From the NCBI GenBank assembly GCA_965207225.1, contig CBDBLV010000005.1, positions 1,280,001-1,344,000 on the forward strand: a stretch of 64,000 bases of DNA. The letters are read 5' to 3'. Below are positions 56,595-64,000 of the stretch, in pieces (within the stretch, counting starts at the first letter, position 1; each line of letters opens with the position of its first letter). The notes beneath the pieces were generated by a model. It did no database searches and was not told where the DNA came from. It saw only the letters and a program-made list of their open reading frames with translations. The translations under genes were made by a program, and so were the position numbers. The DNA is from Dehalococcoidia bacterium. GTDB lineage: Bacteria; Chloroflexota; Dehalococcoidia; Plut-88900.

Positions 56595-57788
56595 ATGAGC
56601 AGAATACTTGATGGGATTCGGGTCCTGGAGATAGCGAACTGGCTGGCGGCGCCGGCAGCCGGGGCCCTGCTGTGCGACCTGGGGGCGGAGGTGATCAAGG
56701 TCGAGCCGCACAGGGGGGACCCGTGGCGCGGATACAAGCAGACCGACCCGGAAAACTACGCGTTCGAGCAGGACAACCGGGGAAAGAGGAGCATTGCGCT
56801 GGACCTGAGCAAGCAGGGGTCTCGGGAGATAGTGCACAAGATTGCCGAGAGCGTGGACGTGTTCGTGACGAACCTGCTGCCGAGGCGCCGGGAAAGGTTC
56901 GGGGTGACGTATGAGGATTTGAAGGCTCTCAACTCGCGCCTTATATACATATCCTTTACGGGGTATGGGGAGAAGGGGCCGATGTACGACAGGCTGGGGA
57001 TGGACTTCGGGGCGTTCTGGTCAAGATCAGGGATCATGAACCTGATGGGGTGGCCGGATGAGCCGCCGATACTGCAGCGGGGCGGGATGGGCGACCACTC
57101 AACGTCGCTGGGGCTGCTGGCGGGTGTGCTGGGGGCTCTCTATCACAGGGAGAGGACGGGAGAGGGACAGGAGCTGTGGGGGTCGCTGTTTGCGACGGGC
57201 CTTTGGGTTATCGGGACGGACCTGCAGAGGACGCTGGTGAATGGTCAGGATGCGAAACGAAGGCCGTACCGAAATGAGAACGAGAGCCCGATAACGAACT
57301 GGTACAAGGCGAAGGACGGCAAGTGGCTGATCCTGGAGAACCCGAACCCCGACCCCTACTGGAAGAGGGCGTGTCGGGCGCTGGGGCTGGGGGATTTGGA
57401 GCACGTGGAGAAATATTCCACGGTGGAGGGGTTGCTGGAGGACTGCGTGGAGCTAAATGCGTTGTTTGACAAGATATTCGCGACGAAGACCCGGGACGAG
57501 TGGGCGCCTCTGTTGACGGAGCACGAGGTGATATGGGCGCCGATCCAGAATATGTTAGAGGCCGCGGAGGACCCGCAGGCGGAGGCGATCGGGGTATACG
57601 AGAGGGTGGAGCACCCGGAGTACGGGGAATACAAAGTAATCAATTTCCCAGTGAAGTTCAGCGGGACGGAGAACGGGGCCCGGGGGCCGGCGCCCCTGGT
57701 CGGGCAGCACACGGAGGAGGTGCTGCTGGAGTACGGGTATTCGTGGGGGAAGATCGAGGGGTTGAAGGGTGAGGGGGTTATTCCGTAG
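56595..57788 (+). CDS. CaiB/BaiF family CoA-transferase
   Basis: LDGIRVLE....AAP.AG..L.DLGAEVIKVE, NRGKRSIALDL, GMGD (catalytic Asp), APLVGQHTEEVL. Confidence 0.92.
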   Translation: MSRILDGIRVLEIANWLAAPAAGALLCDLGAEVIKVEPHRGDPWRGYKQTDPENYAFEQDNRGKRSIALDLSKQGSREIVHKIAESVDVFVTNLLPRRRERFGVTYEDLKALNSRLIYISFTGYGEKGPMYDRLGMDFGAFWSRSGIMNLMGWPDEPPILQRGGMGDHSTSLGLLAGVLGALYHRERTGEGQELWGSLFATGLWVIGTDLQRTLVNGQDAKRRPYRNENESPITNWYKAKDGKWLILENPNPDPYWKRACRALGLGDLEHVEKYSTVEGLLEDCVELNALFDKIFATKTRDEWAPLLTEHEVIWAPIQNMLEAAEDPQAEAIGVYERVEHPEYGEYKVINFPVKFSGTENGARGPAPLVGQHTEEVLLEYGYSWGKIEGLKGEGVIP

Positions 57789-57820
57789 GGGGTTGGGTGG
57801 CATTGCAGGGAGAGAAGAAA

Positions 57821-58044
57821 TCACCCTCACCCTGACCCTCTCCCGTCAAGGTAGAGGGGATTTCGCGCAATCGAGCACAGCTTTCTTGCCTGTTCTGGGC
57901 GATAGGCGCTTGAGATTCCTCGCGGGGCCTCGGAATGACATGTAAGTTGGTGTTGCGCTAGGCGAAGCTGAGGCTTTGGCAGGTGTGGGCCTCTAGTTCA
58001 GCACTTTGGGGAGGGATGGGTTCCGGCTTGGGGGGCGGAATGAT
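57821..58044. repeat. REP mosaic R2 + R1 + R3 fragment + R6
   Basis: R2 at 57821-57859, R1 at 57913-57940, CCTCTAGTTCAG at about 57990, R6 at about 58019-58044. Confidence 0.75.
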
Positions 58045-58052
58045 GAGGGGGT

Positions 58053-58487
58053 CTACAGGAGGGCGGAGGCTTGGCCTACGAGGACTTTTTTGTTGTTCTG
58101 GTCTTCGGCCCAGATGTTGAGGTGGACGGTGCGGCTATCTACTTTGGAGACTTCGGCGTGGTAGGTCAGGGTGTCGCCGTACCAGACGGGGGCGATGAAC
58201 TTGGTGGTCAAGGTGCCGCCTTCGATCCAGCCTTTGGGGTCGGGGAGCCAGCGGGAGATGAGGACGGAGAAGAAGGCCTCGGTGAGGACCCCCTGGGCGA
58301 TGGGTTCCTGGTACATGGTCTGGGCGGCGGCTTCACGGTCGGCGTGGAAGCTGGCCTTCCAGTCGCTGCGGGCGGCAATTCTCTCGAAGAGTTCTTCGTA
58401 GGCGATGACCATTTCCTCGGTGATGGTGCGGGTGATGGTGGGGAGGCGGTCGCCTACGTTGATTGCCTGCGATGGGGCTTGGGTCAC
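58053..58487 (-). CDS. MaoC family (hotdog) dehydratase
   Basis: VGDRLP...RTIT, FH.D.EAA....Y..PIAQG, KFIAPV..GDTL. Confidence 0.8.
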   Translation of the reverse strand: MTQAPSQAINVGDRLPTITRTITEEMVIAYEELFERIAARSDWKASFHADREAAAQTMYQEPIAQGVLTEAFFSVLISRWLPDPKGWIEGGTLTTKFIAPVWYGDTLTYHAEVSKVDSRTVHLNIWAEDQNNKKVLVGQASALL

Positions 58488-58503
58488 GGGAGTCTCCTCG
58501 GGG

Positions 58504-58977
58504 CTAGGGGGTGGGGGCGGCGGTGGCCTCGCTGGGCCAGACGCTGGCGTGGTACTTCTCGGCGACGAGGGCGCCGTTCTGGTTCCGGCTCTCGATCTGG
58601 AAGGCGAGGTACTGTTGGCCCCGTTTCACCCACTTGTCGACGATCTTCATGTTGCTGGTGATGGTGTCGCCGGGGTAAACGGGGGCGATGAACTTGAAGC
58701 CGGAGCGGGAGTGGAAGGACTCGCCGGGGCGGCGGTAGCCGGCGGCATCAAGAATGGCTATAAAGTGGGCGTAGCAGTTCATGAGGACGGGGATAGAGAC
58801 GATATCGGAGTATCCGGCGTCTCTGGCTGAGGTCGGGTCCCGGAAGACGGGGAGGTCTTCATCGAGGAGGTCGACGAGGCGGTTTGCGAGGTCTCGGGTG
58901 ACGTGGAAGACGTAGGGGGTGAATTCGAAGCCTACCTGGGCATCTTCGTAGGTGAGGGGGGTTGGGGGGTTGTTCAT
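58504..58977 (-). CDS. MaoC/FAS1-like hotdog dehydratase (partner subunit)
   Basis: FRD...AR.AGY.DI, H....FKFIAPVYPGDTIT, RNQNG.LV. Confidence 0.78.
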   Translation of the reverse strand: MNNPPTPLTYEDAQVGFEFTPYVFHVTRDLANRLVDLLDEDLPVFRDPTSARDAGYSDIVSIPVLMNCYAHFIAILDAAGYRRPGESFHSRSGFKFIAPVYPGDTITSNMKIVDKWVKRGQQYLAFQIESRNQNGALVAEKYHASVWPSEATAAPTP

Positions 58978-59014
58978 GTTGGTTTGCTCAAGAGGTGGAG
59001 AATGATCTCTACCT

Positions 59015-59053
59015 TCACCCTCACCCCGACCCTCTCCCTTGACGGGAGAGGGG
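59015..59053 (+). repeat. R2 copy
   Basis: TCACCCTCACCCCGACCCTCTCCCTTGACGGGAGAGGG. Confidence 0.8.
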
Positions 59054-59086
59054 GTGGGACACCTCCCCGCTCCTCAGTTTGGGGAG

Positions 59087-59350
59087 TTAGCCGCCGGCGA
59101 TGGCGTTGAGGAAGTGGACTTCGCTGTCTTCCCGGACTTTTTCGAGGGCGCCGAGCTGGGAGACCTCGCCGTCAACGGCGACGGAGAAGATGGGTTTGAG
59201 GCGGCCGTTCTCCATGAGTCGGTCCTGTATGCCGGGGAACATCTCGTCGAGGTTCTTGACGATTTGACGAACGGTAGCCCCCTCAATTTCGACGCGATCC
59301 TTGCCCCCGGAGAGGGTGCGCATCAGGGAAGGTATGAAGACCGTGGCCAT
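59087..59350 (-). CDS. MoaD/ThiS family sulfur carrier
   Basis: Ubiquitin-like fold, C-terminal AIAGG. Confidence 0.85.
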   Translation of the reverse strand: MATVFIPSLMRTLSGGKDRVEIEGATVRQIVKNLDEMFPGIQDRLMENGRLKPIFSVAVDGEVSQLGALEKVREDSEVHFLNAIAGG

Positions 59351-59354
59351 GGAC

Positions 59355-61634
59355 TCAGCTCCCGGAGTTGCCGTTGCCGAGAGCGGCCAATACGGCCGGG
59401 GGATTCATGGGGAGGTTCTCCATGCGGACGCCCATAGCGTCGTAGATGGCGTTGGCGATGGCTGCTGGGGGAGAGATAATGCTGGCCTCTCCGACGCCGC
59501 GAACGCCGTAAGGGTGGCCGGGGTTGGCCACTTCGACGATAACGGTGTCGATCATGGGGAGGTCAAGGGAAGTGGGCATGCGGTAGTCGAGGAGGGTGAA
59601 GTTGTCCATGCCACCCTCGGAGTTCATGTAGTACTCCTCATTGATGCCCCAGCCGATGCCCTGGACGCTGCCGCCCTGCATCTGGCCCTCCACGTAGGAT
59701 GGGTGGACGGCTTTCCCAACGTCCTGTACGCAGGTGAAGCGTAGGACGGTAACCTTTCCGGTCTCCGGGTCCACCTCCACGTCTGCGATGGCGCCGGCGA
59801 AGGAGACGCCGACACCCTTGGGGTCGACGGTGGACTTGCCAACGACGCCTCCGCCGGTCTCGTTCATCTGCCGGGCGAGATCCTTGAAGGTTGTGGAGAG
59901 CTCGGGGTCGGATTTGGACTTGAAGACGCTCTTGTTGAACTCCACGTCGTCGGGGTCGATTTCCCAGATGAGGGCGGCGCGCCTGATCATCTCGTCCCGG
60001 ACGTCTACTGCGGCTTCGTGGGCGGCCCAGCCGGTGGCGAAAGATGTGCGGCTGCCGCCGGTCACGTCGGTGTAGCCGATGGAGTCGGTGTCAACGACGG
60101 TGGGGTTAACGTCCTCGGCGGGGATGCCGAGGACCTCGGCGGCCTGCATAGCGATGGAGGCCCGGGTGCCGCCGATGTCGGTGGAGCCGGTTAGGAGGTT
60201 GATGGTGCCGTCATAGTTGACGCTTATGGAGCAGGCGGACCTCCAGCCGATGTTCATCCAGAAACCGACGGCGACGCCGCGGCCGCGGTTGACCCCTTCC
60301 AACTTGGAGTTGTAGTGGGGGTGCGCTTTCATGGCGTCGATGACCTCGGTGCTGCCGATGACGCCGTAGGAGGTTCCGTCGGCGCGGCGGGTGCCTTCTC
60401 GTGCAGCGTTGAGGGCCCGGAATTCGAGGGAAGTCATGCCGACCTTTTCGGCAAGGATGTCTACGACGGTCTCGGCGGCGAAGGCGGCATTGGTGGCGCC
60501 CGGGGCCCGGTAGGCTGCGGTCTTGGGCTTGTTGACGACGACGTCGTAGCCGTCGATTACTATATTGGGGATGTCATAGCAGGCGAATACGCAGGTGGCA
60601 CCGGCGCCAACGGGGGAGCCGGGGAATGCCCCGGCCTCGTAGGCGAGATAGGCCTGGGCGGCGGTGAGCTTTCCGTCCCTTGTGGCACCCATCTTGATCT
60701 TGATATGGGAGCCGGGGGTCGGGCCTGTGCCCTCGAAGACCTCCTTGCGGGACATCTGCATCTTGACGGGTCGGCCGGTCTTCTTAGAAAGGAGGGCGGC
60801 CACGGGTTCGAGGTAGACGGGAATCTTGCCTCCGAAGCCTCCGCCAATCTCCATGGGGGTTACCCGGATCCTGGAAACGGGGAGATCCAATATCTGGGAA
60901 AGGGATGTCCTGACGGGGAATGCGCCCTGGGTGCTGGTCCAGACGTGGAGCCGGCCGTCCTGGTTCCAGAAGGCGGTGCCGTTCTGGGGCTCAATGTAGC
61001 CCTGGTGTACGGTGGCGGTGTCAAAGTCCTTTTCGACGATGTAGTCGGCTTCTGCGAAACCTTCATTGACGTCGCCTAGTACCTGCTGGAAGTGAGTGGC
61101 AACGTTGCTCGGGTCCTTGCCGGGCTCACCCGACTCATCGGTGCGCATTTCGTCGTGGAGGATGGGGGCGTCGGGGGCCATGCCCTGGGGGGCACTGGTC
61201 ACGGGCGCGAGGACTTCGTAATCGACGTCGATAAGGGCAATTGCCTCTTCGGCGATGTGGTCGTTGACGGCGGCGACGCCAGCTACGGCGTGTCCGACAT
61301 AGAGGGCCTTTTCACCGGCGAGGACGTTGTTGCGCTGGTAGCGCCGGGTGGGTTTGTCGGAGCCGGCGCTGGGGAAGTCTTTAGAAGTTACGACGGCGCG
61401 GACGCCCTCGAGGGCTTCGGCCCTGGAGGTGTCGATGGACTTGATGCGGGCATGGGCGTGGGGGCTGCGCAGTACCTTGCCGAATAGCAGGTCTGAGGCC
61501 TTATAGTCGGCGCCGTAACGAGCGCGGCCGGTGACCTTGTCGGCGCCATCATGGCGGATAGGCCGGGTGCCGACAACATCGAATTCCTGGTTTACGAGGA
61601 CGACGTTGGAGTCGGTGCCCTGCCTGGTTGTCAA
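59355..61634 (-). CDS. Xanthine dehydrogenase family molybdopterin-binding subunit
   Basis: KVTG.A.Y, LRSPHAHARI, QGYIEP, IGGGFGGK, AYRAPG, VEGQMQGG..QGIG, RGVGE. Confidence 0.92.
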   Translation of the reverse strand: MTTRQGTDSNVVLVNQEFDVVGTRPIRHDGADKVTGRARYGADYKASDLLFGKVLRSPHAHARIKSIDTSRAEALEGVRAVVTSKDFPSAGSDKPTRRYQRNNVLAGEKALYVGHAVAGVAAVNDHIAEEAIALIDVDYEVLAPVTSAPQGMAPDAPILHDEMRTDESGEPGKDPSNVATHFQQVLGDVNEGFAEADYIVEKDFDTATVHQGYIEPQNGTAFWNQDGRLHVWTSTQGAFPVRTSLSQILDLPVSRIRVTPMEIGGGFGGKIPVYLEPVAALLSKKTGRPVKMQMSRKEVFEGTGPTPGSHIKIKMGATRDGKLTAAQAYLAYEAGAFPGSPVGAGATCVFACYDIPNIVIDGYDVVVNKPKTAAYRAPGATNAAFAAETVVDILAEKVGMTSLEFRALNAAREGTRRADGTSYGVIGSTEVIDAMKAHPHYNSKLEGVNRGRGVAVGFWMNIGWRSACSISVNYDGTINLLTGSTDIGGTRASIAMQAAEVLGIPAEDVNPTVVDTDSIGYTDVTGGSRTSFATGWAAHEAAVDVRDEMIRRAALIWEIDPDDVEFNKSVFKSKSDPELSTTFKDLARQMNETGGGVVGKSTVDPKGVGVSFAGAIADVEVDPETGKVTVLRFTCVQDVGKAVHPSYVEGQMQGGSVQGIGWGINEEYYMNSEGGMDNFTLLDYRMPTSLDLPMIDTVIVEVANPGHPYGVRGVGEASIISPPAAIANAIYDAMGVRMENLPMNPPAVLAALGNGNSGS

Positions 61635-62116
61635 CTCTTGACCTCCTGCATCTTCTGGGCGGCGTCCATCACGGCCCGGACGATCTTGTCATAACCGGTG
61701 CAGCGGCAGAGGTTATTGGCGAGCCAGAAGCGGATGCGGTCCTCGGAGGGGTCGGGTTCCCGTTCGAGGAGGGCCTTGGCTGCGACGATGAATCCGGGGG
61801 TGCATATGCCGCACTGGAGGGCGGCGTTTTCGAGGAAGGCCTGCTGGATGGGGTGGAGGTCGTTGCCTTCGGCGACGCCTTCAATGGTCTCGATGTTGCT
61901 GCCTTCGGCCTCAACTCCGAGTACGAGGCACGAGGTGACGATGCGGCCGTCCATGTTGACGGTGCAGGCGCCACAGTTGCCGTCATTGCAGCCTTCCTTG
62001 GAACCGGTCAGGCCGATGACGTCACGCAGGCTTTCGAGGAGGCTCTGTCGGGGTTCGCAGAGGAACTCGACGTTTTCGCCGTTGATGGTTGTCTGAACGT
62101 AAGTTTTCCTAGGCAT
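61631..62116 (-). CDS. (2Fe-2S) subunit, CoxS/CutS family
   Basis: GCNDGNCGACTV, QCGICTPG, NLCRCTGY. Confidence 0.94.
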   Translation of the reverse strand: MPRKTYVQTTINGENVEFLCEPRQSLLESLRDVIGLTGSKEGCNDGNCGACTVNMDGRIVTSCLVLGVEAEGSNIETIEGVAEGNDLHPIQQAFLENAALQCGICTPGFIVAAKALLEREPDPSEDRIRFWLANNLCRCTGYDKIVRAVMDAAQKMQEVKS

Positions 62117-62989
62117 CTAAGACGCCTCCTTGGCCCGCTCGATGGCGGTGTTTAGTGCTCGTCGGGTCAGAACTTCGCAGAGGTGAGTGCGGAACTCGAT
62201 GGTGCCTCGCATGTCGGTGATGGGTTTTGCAGCGGCCTGGGCGAGGCCCGAGGCCTTGCGGATTGCCTCGTCGCTTATGGCCTGACCGGCGAGGGCGTCG
62301 CCCGCTTCCCGTACGAAGAGGGGGGTCGGGGCGACGGAAGCGAGGGAGACTCGGGCGGACTTGATGGTGTCACCGTCCAGTTCTACGGATACGCCGGCGC
62401 CGACGACGGCGATGTCCATTTCGTTGCGGGGGATGAAGCGGATGTATCGGGCGCCCGAGTTGGCCGCCGGGGCGGGGACGCTGACGGAGACCAGGAGTTC
62501 ATCTGCTCCGAGGATGGTCTGTCCGGGGCCCGTGCATACGTCTTCAACGGGGACGCTGCGGGTGCCATTAGGTCCGGCGATGTTAGCGGTGGCGCCGTAG
62601 GCAATGAGGGCGGGTATGGAGTCCGCGCTGGGGGCTGCGTTGCAGAGGTTGCCGCCGACGGAGGCCCGGCCCTGTATCTGTATCCCTCCGATGATGGATG
62701 TGCAGTCCACAAGGGCGGCGTAGTGTTCTTTCACTGCGGCGTCTTCATAGATCTTGTAGCATTCCACTGCGGCGCCGATGGTCAGTCCCGAGGAAGCGTC
62801 ATACGAGAGCTCGTTGAGTTCCGGGATGGACTTGACGTCGAGGAGGATGTCGGGAGAGCGGCGGCGAGCTCGAAGCTGAACGAGGATGTCGGTGCCGCCG
62901 GCGAGGGCACGGGTACGGTCGCCGTCCCTGGCGAGGATATCAAGGGCCTCGCTAAGGGAGGTGGGGCTGGCGTAGTCGATCCATTTCAA
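62117..62989 (-). CDS. FAD-binding subunit, CoxM/CutM family
   Basis: LAGGTD, IQ.RASVGGNLCNAAPSAD, PITDMRG..EFR; TTG start. Confidence 0.92.
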   Translation of the reverse strand: MKWIDYASPTSLSEALDILARDGDRTRALAGGTDILVQLRARRRSPDILLDVKSIPELNELSYDASSGLTIGAAVECYKIYEDAAVKEHYAALVDCTSIIGGIQIQGRASVGGNLCNAAPSADSIPALIAYGATANIAGPNGTRSVPVEDVCTGPGQTILGADELLVSVSVPAPAANSGARYIRFIPRNEMDIAVVGAGVSVELDGDTIKSARVSLASVAPTPLFVREAGDALAGQAISDEAIRKASGLAQAAAKPITDMRGTIEFRTHLCEVLTRRALNTAIERAKEAS

Positions 62990-63296
62990 TGGCGGGCCTC
63001 TTTTCCCTCTCTGACGAGAGACAGGTTGAGTCCTTGGCTGCGGGCCTAGGGATATGGCTTCCGAAATGAAGCGGTTCCAAGATAACGACAGGCCCATGTT
63101 GTGTCAAGCCTGTAGGGGAAAGGGAGAAGGGTCTGAAGGGAGAGGTGAATTGAAGTAAACGCAGATTGGAAAGCAGGGGCAACTACGCACGTTTGTTGAA
63201 AGACGGGTAGCTGGGTGTTAGTATTCATCACTTAATAATGTGTGAAGTTTGGAACAGACGGTTTTCCATGACCGTAGAACAGGACCTGGCAGGCAA

Positions 63297-64000
63297 TTGA
63301 GTCGTTTATCCGACAGCTTCAGACGGGCCAAGGCGGAAGGGAGGCCGATAATTGCGACCTTCCTTACCGTCGGGTATCCGGAAACAGGCGCCGATGATGC
63401 TTTGATTGCGGCAATGGTGGAAGGCGGTGTAGACGTTATTGAACTAGGAGTTCCGTTCAGTGACCCCCTTGCGGAGGGTCCGACGATCCAGAAGTCGAGC
63501 CAGATTGCGCTGGAGCAGAGCATTACGTTGAGAGACTGCCTGGAATGTTCGCGTAAAACTCGGGCGCGGTTTCCCGGGACGCCGATAGTGCTGATGGGGT
63601 ACTACAACCCAGTGCTCAGCTACGGACTGGACAGGTTTGGGGAGGAGGCGGGGGACGCGGGAGTGGATGGGGTAATTGTAGTGGACTTACCGCTGGAGGA
63701 GGCTGGGCCTTTGCAGAGGGTGTTGAGGACGCAGGGGATCGACCTGATATTCCTATTGGCGCCGACGAGCACGGTGGAACGGATAAGGGGGGTGGCGCAG
63801 ACGGGCTCCGGGTTTGTGTATTGCGTTAGCGTGACGGGGGTCACGGGGGCAAGACGAGACCTGCGGTCCGATGTTTCGGAGTTCCTGGACAGGGTAAAGG
63901 CGGAGACAGACCTTCCGCTTCTTGTCGGGTTCGGGATATCGAAGAAGGAGCACGTAGATACGGTATTCGAGATGGCGGACGGTGTCGCAGTGGGCAGCGC
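63297..64000 (+). CDS. trpA: Tryptophan synthase alpha chain (runs off the window end)
   Basis: TTG start MSRLSDSF.., FLTVGYP, VIELGVPFSDPLAEGPTIQ, LMGYYNP, VDLP.EE, LAPTS, SVTGVTG, VGFGIS. Confidence 0.93.
   Translation, partial: MSRLSDSFRRAKAEGRPIIATFLTVGYPETGADDALIAAMVEGGVDVIELGVPFSDPLAEGPTIQKSSQIALEQSITLRDCLECSRKTRARFPGTPIVLMGYYNPVLSYGLDRFGEEAGDAGVDGVIVVDLPLEEAGPLQRVLRTQGIDLIFLLAPTSTVERIRGVAQTGSGFVYCVSVTGVTGARRDLRSDVSEFLDRVKAETDLPLLVGFGISKKEHVDTVFEMADGVAVGS

Noticed and set aside
59355-61634. Aerobic CO dehydrogenase (coxL)
   Set aside because: The active-site loop is AYRAPG rather than AYxCSFR or AYxGAGR, and no coxDEFG accessory genes are adjacent.

Overview
GC-rich chromosomal segment, most likely from a Chloroflexota bacterium (Dehalococcoidia/SAR202-like). 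This is inferred from the short EF-Ts, a translin-family gene, and paralogous LLM oxidoreductase, SDR, CaiB CoA-transferase, amidohydrolase, MaoC and DUF3237 genes. Housekeeping content: tRNA-Lys, pyrE, lepB, dcd-ribD-ribE-ribBA-ribH, ispH, hppA, thiE, rnhB, mnmA, proS, ispG, rpsB-tsf-pyrH-frr-uppS-cdsA-dxr-rseP and a partial trpA. Catabolic genes and a doubly frameshifted Phd/VapC toxin-antitoxin pair are interspersed. The intergenic DNA is a mosaic of at least six families of short palindromic REP-like repeats (named R1-R6 here). Their orientation, and the strand's C/G skew, flip at about 34 kb. The most unusual signal is a family of three diverged elements: A (27.6-28.5 kb, +), B (34.2-34.9 kb, -) and C (50.7-51.3 kb, -). 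Each has a sigma70-type promoter and a 350-650 nt domain closed by a GGAAGGUCC/GGACCUUCC-type long-range stem, containing the same ordered string of hairpins with compensatory changes. This is a candidate undescribed large structured RNA or retro/ssDNA-type element. Copies A and C are overlaid by long ORFs that run on through the repeat mosaics, and both end at helically phased TTCAATCAA arrays. No CRISPR array, rRNA, transposase, integrase or reverse transcriptase was seen. All calls were made by eye, without database searches.
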